Shown: positions 20,613 to 31,566, counted from the stretch's first letter. The stretch: 39,990 nucleotides of DNA from Leidyana gryllorum EB-2025a (GCA_048772705.1 JBLWGC010000045.1:1-39990), one strand, 5' to 3'. The notes: generated from the sequence alone by a model not told the origin. Program-made: numbers and translations.

Positions 20613-20947
20613 AAGAGTGTAATTGATCACACCTTTCGTCGGGAACCCCGTGCAAACTGTTAGTGATGTGGGTATAGCCCCTTCTAAATGTCGGTATTTG
20701 GCTCTGGAATGACTGTTTGGCGGGGTGGAGGAAGGCCAATCGTGGTGCTTTTGGGGAGCACATCAGTCGGCTAGTTGGTCCAGTGAGTGTTTACCTCAAC
20801 TCTGCCTATTTTCGGTCACTTGAAGGGTGAGCCTGATAAGTTCAAGTTCGCGGTCAAGCGCCGGCCCAACTGGGCGGGTGTGTTGTTGATGGAGCATCCC
20901 CCTGCACCCTTTTGACAGGAGGAGATGCATCGAGAGAAGTTTCACGA

Positions 20948-21020
20948 GGGAGTGTAGCGCAGTCGCTAGCGCCCAGGTCTCATAATCCTCAAGTCGAGAG
21001 TTTAAACCTCCCCACTCCCA
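20948..21020 (+). pseudogene. Degenerate elongator-type tRNA-Met(CAT) (twin at 33536-33609)
   Basis: GGGAGTG/CACTCCC acceptor, ctCATaa loop; D-loop GG and T-loop C56 lost. Confidence 0.7.
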
Positions 21021-21166
21021 CGGTCGGCATCGGAAGCGCCGACTAACTCGTATGGGGCGCCACCTGAGAAGAATGGACTCCAGCTGTCTGCTAGTGTCTG
21101 AGATGTTTGAGTCCAGCTGAGGGGGAATCCAGCATCCGGGTCGGTGCCATCTGTCGTGGCAGAAGT

Positions 21167-21240
21167 GGTCGCGTAGCTCAGTCGGTTAGAGCGTGAGCCT
21201 AATAAGCTCAAGGTCCCCGGTTCGAGCCCGGGCGTGACCA
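21167..21240 (+). tRNA. tRNA-Ile(AAT)
   Basis: tgagc-ct-AAT-aa-gctca; intact. Confidence 0.92.
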
Positions 21241-21892
21241 AGTGAGTGGATCTTCGATAAAGAGTCGCCCTGCACTCGAGCAACCCCCAACATTCTCCGA
21301 CCAATACGAAAGGTACGTGTTATAATGTCCTCACTTCCCTGCCGCGCCAGCTCCGTCGGTAGAGCGCAAGACTTTCAATGGAGAGACCGCGGGTTCGGGC
21401 AGCGCCAGCAGTCCGAGTCAAGCTTGCTGAACCGTATGTGAAGCCACTGGCCGCTAAATGCCGAGTTCGACAGGTGGCAACTTGCCCGAGTGTTCAAGGG
21501 GGTAGACTAGAAATCTACTGGGTCTGGCCAACGAGGTGGGGTCAAGTTACAACAAAGCGGGCTGTTCTGGGAATCGAACCCAGCACTCAATCCACCCTAA
21601 GGAAGGATCATACCACTAGACCAAACAGCCGCCTAGTCGGTGGTTCAACCCGCTGGGTACAGTCGAGAGACTCGTCTCACTATGTGAAGTATCACTCAAG
21701 GCCATGAGGTAGGCACAGAGGGAGGCAAGCCCAGATGATGAAACGGTGCTTAGTGTACGAAAGGTTCTGGGATCGATTCTCAGCTCATCCGAACTAGATA
21801 GATGGAACTCGCCGGAGTAGTCTAGTTGGCCTATCAACGCTGTCTGCCAACACCATCAGGTTGAGTAGTACTTTGCCAATCACCACTCTACT

Positions 21893-21972
21893 TCCGGTGG
21901 GACGGAATCGAACCGCCGACTATCTGATGCCAGCACTACAGTCAGATGCTCTACCAACTGAGCTACCCCCGG
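21893..21972 (-). tRNA. tRNA-Tyr(GTA), 7-nt intron
   Basis: Consensus copy. Confidence 0.87.
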
Positions 21973-22057
21973 CCGTCCAACTGCTCCGGGGTTCAAAAGG
22001 CTCAACCCCAGATCCTCGCCCTTTCGGACAGCGGTCTGAGCACAGCGCCTTAGACAA

Positions 22058-22659
22058 TGTTGTAGTTCGTGTTTGCCTGATGGTCAACTTCCTATCGGGT
22101 GGCCAAATTCGACTTGGTGAAATTTCCAATCGAATTAACATCCATCTGGATACTTCCCTACATATTTGGCACTTATATAGGGGCATGTATAAGATGGTGA
22201 AAAGGCATTATTAACGAACGTAAAGCAACTACTACTAAAGCGTAAAGGCTAATGCACCCTAGTGGTCTGAGCTCTCTGCGACAGTGTAACTGTGCAGACA
22301 CTCACATGAATGATCAGAGTGTGGTGTCGGGGAGAACTACCGTGTGTGTCCAGCGCGAGGCTCCGCAAGAGTGCGAGCGACTGGCACATGGGTGGAGTGA
22401 GAGAGACACCAGAGCGAGAGACACACGCAAGCAAAGTTGGCTAAGTCAGAGTTGGACTAGGCAAGAGGCGGCCTAAGATAACTTTTGCACTTGGTACAAC
22501 AAGTCGTAGTTCTTGTTTTGCGCCGTCGTGTGCGACATATTCGTGGTAGACTTGTCGGCAAAAATACTAACTTGGTTCTAAGTCTGACTTGTGGTCGAAA
22601 GTATGCAGAGATGAGAACTGGGCCTCGTTCCCCTTGAGTAGCGACTTGGGGTTACAACA
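22058..22659. mobile_element. Probable solo LTR of an LTR retrotransposon (602 bp)
   Basis: Only non-tRNA-related block; bounded exactly by TGTTGTA...TACAACA inverted termini; TATA-like ttatatag at 22173-22180; no TSD, PBS or PPT seen. Confidence 0.75.
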
Positions 22660-23079
22660 GACTTCTTGCAACGCAGTTCGTCTGACGCTCCTGTTCCATC
22701 CCATCCTGATAGATGCTTCGCTACCTCTACAGCCTCGCTCAAAGATTTGTCCGAGTCGTCTAGTGGTTAGGACAGCACGTTGTGGCCGTGCAAACCCAGG
22801 CCCTGGCTCAGACAACCAATCTAAAGTGCATTGCAATTCCCCTCCAAACCTCTCAGATCCTTATCGAGACTGAGAGACCACTCAGAAAAGCTTAAGTGCG
22901 TGAGCAAAGCCTTCTTCCGGAATCGAACCGGCGACCTTTCGCTTACAAAGCGAATGCTCTGCCACCAGCTAAGAAGGCAATGTTAACGGAAGTTACTGAA
23001 GCTCATTGTTCCACCTGTCGAACGGATCCAGGGCTCCACCCAACGGCAAATAGGGTGTAACTCAGTTTAGAGCTCCGTT

Positions 23080-23152
23080 GCCGCCCTAGCTCAGTCCGTA
23101 GAGCGCAAGACTTTCAATCTTGCAGTCGCGAGTTCGAGCCCCGCGGGCGGTG
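23080..23152 (+). pseudogene. Lys body with TTC anticodon; D-loop and T-stem mutations
   Basis: caaga-ct-TTC-aa-tcttg. Confidence 0.7.
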
Positions 23153-23382
23153 TGGATCTATCTCCCTTACTAACCACTATACTATCTCGGACGCTCTGAA
23201 CATGCCGGCCTCCAATCCCAGAAGTCTTTCTATTTTGGCTCACGGACAAAAAACGCGTGGAGGGATGAACCAACAACACTGTGGCAAGATGGCCGAGTTG
23301 TCTAAGGCGCTGTGCTCAGACCGCAGTCCGAAAGGTCGAGGATCTGGGGTTGAGCCTTTTGAACCCCGGAGCAGTTGGACGG

Positions 23383-23462
23383 CCGGGGGTAGCTCAGTTG
23401 GTAGAGCATCTGACTGTAGTGCTGGCATCAGATAGTCGGCGGTTCGATTCCGTCCCACCGGA
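23383..23462 (+). tRNA. tRNA-Tyr(GTA), 7-nt intron
   Basis: Consensus copy. Confidence 0.87.
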
Positions 23463-23676
23463 TGGTTTTGGCAGACAGCGTTGATAGGCCAACTAGACTA
23501 CTCCGGCGAGGGTTCCATCTATGTAGTTCGGATGGGCTGGGAATCAATCCCAAAACCTTTCGTACACTAAGCCACCGTTTCATCATCTGGGCTAGCCTCT
23601 CATGGCATTGAGTGATACTTCACATAGTGAGACGAGTCTCTCGACTGTACCCAGCGGGTTGAACCACCGGCTATGC

Positions 23677-23748
23677 GGCTGTTTGGTCTAGTGGTATGAT
23701 CCTTCCTTAGGGTGGAAGGAGTCCTGGGTTCGAAACCCAGAACAGCCC
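23677..23748 (+). tRNA. tRNA-Pro(AGG)
   Basis: Stems intact; T-loop TTCGAAA. Confidence 0.83.
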
Positions 23749-23849
23749 GTCTGATAGTTGTTGACGCAACACGGCACTCGACCCATCCCGGACAGCTAAG
23801 ACAGGATCTGAGTTGTTGACTCAACAGGCTGCAACCCGGCCATCCGCCC

Positions 23850-23922
23850 AGACGCTACTGGGACTCGAACCCAGAATCCCCGGTTCCGTAGACCGATGCC
23901 ATATCCATTAGGCCATAGCGCC
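23850..23922 (-). tRNA. tRNA-Arg(ACG)
   Basis: Identical to 2799-2871. Confidence 0.9.
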
Positions 23923-24173
23923 GACTAACGGAGCCGTCAAATGGAAGTGTGTAGCGATCCAGAGAGGACATGGGCAGCTACGCCCGATCGTGGGTTTGGA
24001 CAGACTTCACCTACATCTGACATACTATCCAAGCCAGGATTCAGGCCTGGGTATGCACGGCCACAACTTGCTGTTGTAAGCACTAGACGACCCAAACAAT
24101 CTTCAAGTGAGGCTGGTGGGTACCAAAGCCACTTTAGATGTCAGGCTATCGGGTTTTGTGTCCTTGCTTTCCT

Positions 24174-24246
24174 GCCGCCCTAGCTCAGTCGGTAGAGCGC
24201 AAGACTCTTAATCTTGCAGTCGCGGGTTCGAGCCCCGCGGGCGGTG
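24174..24246 (+). tRNA. tRNA-Lys(CTT)
   Basis: Intact. Confidence 0.92.
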
Positions 24247-25084
24247 TGGATCTATATCCCTGGATGTAAGAATGGAACTGTTGCCTGCAAGCACACTCAG
24301 CTGGATTTCCGCTGCCGGGACTTGAACCCGGATCGTGCGGGTGAGAGCCGCATATCCTAGCCATTTAGACTACGGTGGACGAGACACAACAGTTGCACTG
24401 ACGAATGAGGCGCCAGAGAACTGTGAGTCGGTCTCAGATGGAAAGTTCACCTAGGTTTGGCGGGCGGGCGGCTATCTCAAGTGGTAGAGTGGTGACTTTG
24501 CACGCGAGAGGTCAGTTAGACATCTATCAATGCCGCAGGGCAGGCTGAACATGGGGGTATTTGGTCACTTCCGCGACATGTCGAATTCGACAAGTGGCAA
24601 CTTGCCTGAGTGGTTAAGGGGGCAGACTAGAACTCTACTGGGCCTGGCCCGTGCTGGTTCGAATCCAGCAGTTGTCGTGTTATGTGATCCGGCATCAACT
24701 CCATTCGGTCTGGCTGTGCTATATCATTCCAGCTAGTCGCCCGCTGTGCAGACCCCATAGCATTTAGTGGTTCTTGACATATTATGACCAGTCTCTCGAC
24801 TGTACCAGCCATTTGCACCACCGACCGATGGGCTGTTTGGTCTAGTGATATGACCCCTGCTCAGGGTGGAGTCCTGGTTCGATTCCCAGCACAGCCCTCT
24901 TGCTCGTAGGTTGACCCGATGGGACAAGTCGCCCCAGAACCAACAAAGCCACCTCGGTAGCCCACCTCGGTAGGGCAGTCAGGGCAACTAACATCTAGAG
25001 AATCGCATTTCGGCTAAGTCTACGACCTTGGAAAGGGGTTCCAAGAGCACAAGTGCCGTCTAGAGAGTACGGTGCCGCATAACC

Positions 25085-25157
25085 CGGTCCTGGCAGGTTT
25101 CGAACCTGCGACTTTGTGGTTAACAGCCACACGCTCTGCCGACTGAGCTACAAGACC
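25085..25157 (-). tRNA. tRNA-Asn(GTT)
   Basis: tgtgg-ct-GTT-aa-ccaca. Confidence 0.92.
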
Positions 25158-25509
25158 CAGTTGCAATGTTCTTCCACCCGAGGAAGAATCATACCACCAG
25201 ACCAGACAGCCGCCTGTTCAGCCTGCCCCCCTACGGCACTCATAGGTGTCAAATCAGTCCGCATCTCAAGAACCACATTTCGGCTTCCTTCATGATATCC
25301 GACGCTGGAGTAGTGGAACTCAGTGCGAGAGTTTAGGCGTATGACTGCAGGGTCCGAGGTCTCCTGCAACACCGGTCTCTCTACTGATCTCTGAAATATT
25401 TCAACTGGCTCTTGTAGAAAGCGCCCAGCGTAGAGCGTTGGATTTGGGTCGGACAGAAAGCTCACTTCAATCAATGAAGCAGTTGGGCTTTTTCCCGAGT
25501 GCCACCTAC

Positions 25510-25591
25510 CGACAAGGGTGAGATTCGAACTCAAGCGGGTGAAACCCAACGGCTTAGCAGGCCGCCGCCTTAACCACTCGGCCACCTTGTC
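25510..25591 (-). tRNA. tRNA-Ser(GCT)
   Basis: Near-consensus. Confidence 0.8.
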
Positions 25592-26100
25592 AAGAACGGA
25601 ACGGGCTACACCTTCCATCGGGAATCCCGTGCGAATTGGTAGTGATGTAGGTACACCCCCTTCTCGATGTCAGTATTTGCCTTTGGAATGACTGCTTGAC
25701 GGGATGGAAGAAGGTTGGAGTGGCCGGTTCAGTACCAATCATAAGGCTTTGTTGAACACATCAGTCGGCTCCTTCGGCTAGTGACTGTTCACCTCAACTC
25801 TGAAGCGGTGGCTCATTTCAGGCGGTCAGAGCGTGAGCCTAATAAGTTCTGAGTCCGCGGTTGGAGCCCGGGCGTCACCTTGATATAGAGTTGCCCTCGA
25901 CCCGAGGAAGCCCCAATATTCCACGACCAATCCGGATGAAATCCGTTATTAAGTCCGAGCTTCCTTGCCACCCAGCTCAGTCGGTAGAGCGCCAGCCTTT
26001 TGAGAGGAGAACCGCGGGTTCGGGTCGCCCGAGAAGTCCTAGTCAAGCTTGCTGAACCGTATGTGAAGCCGCTGGCCGCAAAATGCCAAGTCCGACAGGT

Positions 26101-26182
26101 GGCAACTTGCCCGAGTGGTTAAGGGGGCAGACTAGAAATCTACTGGGCCTGGCCCGCGCTGGTTCAAATCCAGCAGTTGTCG
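26101..26182 (+). tRNA. tRNA-Ser(AGA)
   Basis: One anticodon-stem mismatch. Confidence 0.78.
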
Positions 26183-26461
26183 TGCGATGTGATTGGAGGG
26201 TCAGACAACAACTCACGCCTGAAACCCCAGAATGGTACCTCAATCAACCACCTGCCATCTTCTCTGCATCTGCCGGGAATCGAACCTGGGTCGTCTCGGT
26301 GGCAACGACACAGTCTACCACTAAACCACAGATGCGTGACACCTCCATGCCTGAATACAAAGCGAAGGGTCTTAACTACTCCAGGCAGATACATAAAAAC
26401 CAGGCTCATCGGATACGTGTTTCCAGAGACACACGCCCCTTTCGCAGTCCGGAAGCTCCGT

Positions 26462-26534
26462 GCAGCCATGGTCTAGTGGTCACGACGTCTGCTTAACACG
26501 CAGAAGGTCCCGAGTTCAATCCTCTGTGGCTGTA
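26462..26534 (+). tRNA. tRNA-Val(AAC)
   Basis: One T-stem mismatch. Confidence 0.75.
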
Positions 26535-27829
26535 ACACGCATCTTTCAGGTGAGCATCACGAAATCTAGAGCGGAAGACGACCTATCTCCGAGACCGGGA
26601 ATCAAACCCGGGTCTTCCGCGTGACAGGCGGAAATACTAGCCACTACACTATCTCGGCCGCTCTGAACACGCCGGCCTCCAACCCAAAAGGTCCTTCCAT
26701 TTTGTTGTGCAGACCCGTCGCATTTTGTTGATTCTCAACATAGTATGACCACTCTCGCGACTGTGCTCACCGGGTTGCACGACCGACAGGCGGCTGTCGG
26801 TCTAGTGGTATGATTTTTCATTCGGGTGCAAGAAGTCCTGGGTTCGGTTCCCAGAACAGCCCCGTTGGTCGTCGGTTGACCCGACGCTCCACCTCATCTC
26901 AAGATGGTACGGCTCTCATCCGAAGCCTCAGCTCGGGCGCTCGTCCACTGTAGTACAAGTGGCTAGGATATGCGGATTTCACCCGCACGATCTGGGTTCA
27001 AGTCCCGGCAGTGGAAGTCATTGAACTGCTCGAGCAAAGTGCTCCAGTAATCTCCGTCAATAGTGACTCTTTCGTTATCTCCGGCCTGTATTGCCTTCTT
27101 AGCTAGGGGCAGAGCATTCGCTTAGTAAGCGAAAGGTCGCCGGTTCGATTCCGGCAGAAGGCTCAACTTCATCCACTGGGCACCTGCAAGCTTATCGCAA
27201 ACTCCAATGATCGTAGCTGAGCCTCGTAGCTCAGCCATCAGAGGGTAAATCTCTTAGCCACGAAGCCGCAGATTTGGAACCTGCCAGCACCTGAGGCACC
27301 CATAGGGGCTGTTTGGTCTAGTTATATGATTCTTCTTTCGGGTGGAAGAAGTCCTGGGTTCGATTCCCAGAACAGCCCGTCTGATAGTTGTTGACTCAAT
27401 GCCACGTCTCTTCAAGGTCGGCTACTGTACGCGGCTCCCACTCGTACAATCCCGGATGAAGTCCAGACCAGAGGAGACAAAATCTGAGTTGCAGCAGTTG
27501 TGAGGGGCTGGAAAGGCTCCGAGACCGGGAATCGAACCCGGCTCTTCCGCGTGACAGGCGGAAATACTAACCACTATACTATCTCGGACGCTCTCGGATA
27601 CCCCGGCCTTCAACCCCAAAAGCCTTCCTTCTCGAGACTTCACGAACAGAAAACGTGTAAAGTGGCGAGCCAAGAACACTCCGGCAAGATGGCTGAGTGG
27701 TCCAAGACGCTGTGTTAGGCCGCAGTCCGAAAGGGCGTGTGTTCGAATCCCACTCTTGTCAGCCGTTGTATCGGCCCTCGGTCAGCCACTGGATGCAATA
27801 GGTCTTCCATGTAGAGCGGATGAGCGGAT

Positions 27830-27902
27830 GGGCGGCTAGCTCAGATCGTAGAGCGCTCGATTCGCATGCGAGAGGTACTGGGATCGATACCCAGGTCGTC
27901 CA
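27830..27902 (+). pseudogene. tRNA-Ala(CGC), mutated D-loop and anticodon stem
   Basis: tt-CGC-at loop, G3:U70. Confidence 0.65.
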
Positions 27903-28017
27903 AAGTACGTACGGCTGCACGTGGCGGGATCCAAACAAACTTACATCTTTGAAGGGTCGCAGACCACAAGTGCCATTGGGAGAGCAGCGCAGTCAGTGTT
28001 TAGTGTGCTTCTCAAAC

Positions 28018-28090
28018 CGGTCCTGGCAGGTTTCGAACCTGCGACTTTGTGGTTAACAGCCACACGCTCTGCCGACTGAGCTACAAGACC
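28018..28090 (-). tRNA. tRNA-Asn(GTT)
   Basis: Intact. Confidence 0.92.
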
Positions 28091-28204
28091 CAGCTACAAT
28101 GGTTCAGAGGTTAGTATAGAGATCCTCCTTTTTCTACCGCATTCTGCAACCACGTCTTGTCAAGAGGGTACAGCTCTTGGCTAAAGCTGCAGCTGAGGGA
28201 GTTG

Positions 28205-28277
28205 TCCACTGTAGTCCAAGTGGCTAGGATATGCGGCTTTCACCCGCACGGTCCGGGTTCAAGTCCCGGCAGTGGAA
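28205..28277 (+). tRNA. tRNA-Glu(TTC)
   Basis: Intact. Confidence 0.87.
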
Positions 28278-28353
28278 GTCATTGGACCATTCGAGCAAAG
28301 TGCTCCAGTAACCTCCGTCAATAGTGACTGACTCGTGATCTTCGGGTTGCATT

Positions 28354-28425
28354 GCCTTCTTAGCTTAGGGGCAGAGCATTCGCTTAGTAAGCGAAAGGTC
28401 GCCGGTTCGATTCCGGCAGAAGGCT
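28354..28425 (+). tRNA. tRNA-Thr(AGT)
   Basis: Intact. Confidence 0.9.
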
Positions 28426-28619
28426 CGACTGCATCGACTGGGCACCTGCAAGCTTATCGCAAACTCCAATCATCGTAGCTGAGCCTGGTAGCTCAGCCAT
28501 CAGAGGGTAAGTCTCTTAGCCACGAAGTCGCAGGTTTCGAACCTGCCAGTACCTGAGGCACCCACTAGCTCAACGCAGACTGCGGCCGAGTCTCGGGGTG
28601 CTGAAGCTCTTTCTCAAGT

Positions 28620-28690
28620 GCACTTGTGGTCCAAGGGTAGGATGCGAGCTTCCCATGCTCGCAGTCCGGGTTCGAGTCCCGGCAGGTGCA
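28620..28690 (+). tRNA. tRNA-Gly(CCC)
   Basis: cgagc-tt-CCC-at-gctcg. Confidence 0.9.
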
Positions 28691-28769
28691 GCCGATCGTA
28701 CAGACTTGACCATGGCTGCAACGATATTTCCAGCATTCCGGGGCGAAGAGCAATGCACTTTAAACTGCT

Positions 28770-28841
28770 TGTCCGAGCCAGGAATCGAGCCTGGCTTTGC
28801 ACGGCTACAACGTGCTGTCCTAACCACTAAATGACTCGGAC
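28770..28841 (-). pseudogene. His body carrying Tyr anticodon GTA
   Basis: gcacg-tt-GTA-gc-cgtgc; D-stem changes. Confidence 0.72.
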
Positions 28842-29184
28842 AATCTTTGAGCGAGACTGTAGAGGTAGCGAAGCATCGATCAGGATGGAATGGAACAGGA
28901 GCGTCAGAGAAACTACGTTGTAAGAAGTCCACTCCTCAACTCCCGGTGGGACGGAATTTGCTCGTCGAATATCTGATGCCACCACTACCATCAGATGCGT
29001 TGCCATCTAAGCAACTCGGGCCGTTAGAGTACTTCGGGGCGGTACACCGCAGGTCGTGCAATCTTACCGGAACTCGAGTCTGGCACCTTCGAGCACCCCG
29101 AAATCCGTGCCGTACTTCTGAGCTTGAGAGCGCCACTGTTGAGGGTCTGAGGTTGAGCCTTCGAACCTCGCAGCAGTTGGACGG

Positions 29185-29264
29185 CCGGGGGTAGCTCAGT
29201 TGGTAGAGCATCTGACTGTGGTGCTGGCATCAGGTAGTCGGCGGTTCGATTCCGTCCCACCGGA
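29185..29264 (+). tRNA. Intron-containing Tyr body carrying His anticodon GTG
   Basis: tctga-ct-GTG-g-[tgctggc]-a-tcagg. Confidence 0.78.
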
Positions 29265-29776
29265 AGTAGAGTGGTGGTTGGCAGACTGCTACTCAACCTG
29301 ATGGGTTTTGGCAGACATCGTTGATGGGCCAATTGGAATGAATCTGGCGAAGAGTCCATGCATATACAACTCAAATCTTGTCTTAGCTGTCGCAGCAGCA
29401 TATCTTAGACAACCTTGAAGAGACGTGGCGTATTAAGTCAACAACTGACAGACGGGCTGTTCTGGGAATCAAACCCAGCACTCCTTCCACCCAAGGAATG
29501 ATCATACCACTAGACCAAACAGCCGACTGGTCGGTGGTGCGAATTGCTGGTAGAGTCGGGAGACTGGTCAATGTCAAGAACCACCAAATGCTATGGGGTC
29601 TGCACAGCGGGCGACTACCTCAAATGATATAGCACTCGCTTAACATGCGAGAGATACTGGGATCGATGGCCAGGTCGTCCAAAGTACGTACGGCTGCACG
29701 TGGCGGGAGTCACTCTGAAGGGTCGCAGACCACAAGTGCGAGAGCAGGGCAGTCAGTGTCTGGGGTGCCTCTGAAA

Positions 29777-29849
29777 CGGTCCTGGCAGGTTTCGAACCTG
29801 CAACTTTGTGGTTAACAGCCACACGCTCTGCCGACTGAGCTACAAGACC
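29777..29849 (-). tRNA. tRNA-Asn(GTT)
   Basis: Near-consensus; twin at 39513-39585. Confidence 0.85.
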
Positions 29850-29991
29850 CAGCTACAATGTTTCAGAGGTTGGTAGAGAGACCCTCCTCTTTCTACCGCA
29901 GGATTCTGCAACCGTTGTTGTAGGTGCACCCGACAGACCACGTCTTGCAAGAGGGTACGGCTCTCGGCGAAAGCTGCAGCTGAGGGAGTTG

Positions 29992-30064
29992 TCCACTGTA
30001 GTCTAAGTGGCTAGGATATGCGGCTTTCACCCGCACGATCCGGGTTCAAGTCCCGGCAGTGGAA
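29992..30064 (+). tRNA. tRNA-Glu(TTC)
   Basis: Intact. Confidence 0.9.
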
Positions 30065-30124
30065 ATCCAGCAGAGTGTGCTTGTAGGCAACGGTTTCATT
30101 CCTACTCCCAGAGACATTGATTTG

Positions 30125-30197
30125 CACCGCCCGCGGGGCTCGAACCCGCGACTGCAAGATTAAGAGTCTTGCGCTCTACCGACTGAGCTAGGGCGGC
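30125..30197 (-). tRNA. tRNA-Lys(CTT)
   Basis: Intact. Confidence 0.92.
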
Positions 30198-30533
30198 AGG
30201 AATGCAAGGACACAAAACCCGATAGCCCGACATCTTAAGTGGCTTTGGTACCCACCAGCCTCAATTGAAGATTGTCCGGGTCGTCTAGGTGCTTACAACA
30301 GCAAGTTGTGGCCGTGCATACCCAGGCCCGAATCCTGGCTTGGATAGTATGTCCCCGATGTCTCGAATGGGACTGCCCACACAACGGCTGACAAGAGTGG
30401 GATTCGAACCCACGCCCTTTCGGACTGCGGCCTTAACACAGTGTTTTTGGCTTGCTGCTTCACGCAATTTTTTTCCATGGACCCTCGAAACTGGTAAGAC
30501 GTCTGAGGCTGAGTGGCGGCGTGTTTGCAAGCG

Positions 30534-30605
30534 TCCGAGATAGTATAGTGGTTAGTATTTCCGCCTGTCACGCGGAAGACCCGGGTTCGATTCCCGGTCT
30601 CGGAG
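30534..30605 (+). tRNA. tRNA-Asp(GTC)
   Basis: Intact. Confidence 0.92.
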
Positions 30606-30658
30606 CACAGTTGATCTCGCTTAAGATTTTTTTTTGGTGCCCGCTGAAAGTTGCGAGC

Positions 30659-30731
30659 TACAGCCACCGAGGATTGAACTCAGGACCTTCTGCGTGTTAA
30701 GCAGACGTCGTAACCACTAGACCATGGCTGC
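30659..30731 (-). tRNA. tRNA-Val(AAC)
   Basis: Near-consensus. Confidence 0.85.
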
Positions 30732-30886
30732 ACGGACCTTCCGGGCTGTGAAAGGGGCGTGTGTCTTTGGACACACGTATCCGATGAGCCCGTTCGTCGT
30801 CGCTTGAACCGACACTACGGCTCTCGTCCAAAGCCTCAACTCGGGCACTTGTCCACTGTAGTCTAAGTGGTTAGGATATGCGGCTA

Positions 30887-30959
30887 TGATGCGGATGGGA
30901 CTCGAACCCACAACTCCCGGTTCCGAAGACCGATGCCCTCTCCATTAGGCCACCGCACC
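30887..30959 (-). tRNA. tRNA-Arg(TCG)
   Basis: Paralogue of 4680-4752. Confidence 0.83.
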
Positions 30960-31058
30960 ATGGATAGGCTTCGGTCATCTCGCTACTGGTTGGGTGAAAG
31001 GGAGACACCTCGGGGCAGCCCGCTTTCGTCCCACTCAAAAGTCGGATGTGTCCCGAAT

Positions 31059-31131
31059 GCGGTTGTGGCGCAATGGATAGCGCGTTGCCCTCCTCAGGCA
31101 AAGGTTGAGGGTTCGAGTCCCTCCAGCCGTT
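31059..31131 (+). tRNA. tRNA-Arg(CCT), C37 variant
   Basis: ttgcc-ct-CCT-ca-ggcaa. Confidence 0.75.
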
Positions 31132-31246
31132 TCCTGCGTGCCTTCCTTTGTGCAAAGTGGAGCACAAACTGGTGAAAGTGATCGATGGAGTTGGGAGATT
31201 GGTCATACCATGTAAAAAGAACTGGATGTACTGGGGTTTGCTGAAT

Positions 31247-31319
31247 GGGCGACTAGCTCAAATGGTAGAGCGCTCGCTTAGCATGCGAGAGGTACTGGGA
31301 TCGATGCCCAGGTCGTCCA
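31247..31319 (+). tRNA. tRNA-Ala(AGC)
   Basis: Intact, G3:U70. Confidence 0.92.
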
Positions 31320-31566
31320 AAGTACGTACGGCTGCACGTGCCCCTATTTATTTACCGAGTTGAGAGCTTTTGATTGTGCTGTGCAGCCCTTGGACAGACC
31401 TGGGCACCGCAGTATGTATGAAGGTTGCCTCAGAGCCCGGATTTCCGAGTTTGCATTTTACAATCACACACTCTGCCGACTAAGATACAAGAGCCAGTTA
31501 CAATATTTCAAAAGTCAGTAGAGAGACGCGTGTTGCATGTGTCCAGTCGTTCAAGCTACATACGGC

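Larger units (their letters stand above)
20005..21250 (+). repeat. Segmental duplicate of about 32570-33838
   Basis: Near-identical at offset about 12588; matching ORF translations in the track. Confidence 0.92.
29170..30091 (+). repeat. Segmental duplicate of about 38906-39827
   Basis: Near-identical at offset 9736. Confidence 0.92.

Noticed and set aside
22058-22659. MITE/DNA transposon or coding fragment (ORFs 22252-22476 and 22249-22434)
   Set aside because: The inverted termini are only 7 bp and TG...CA type, there is no TSD, and the ORFs are short with no motifs; solo LTR fits better
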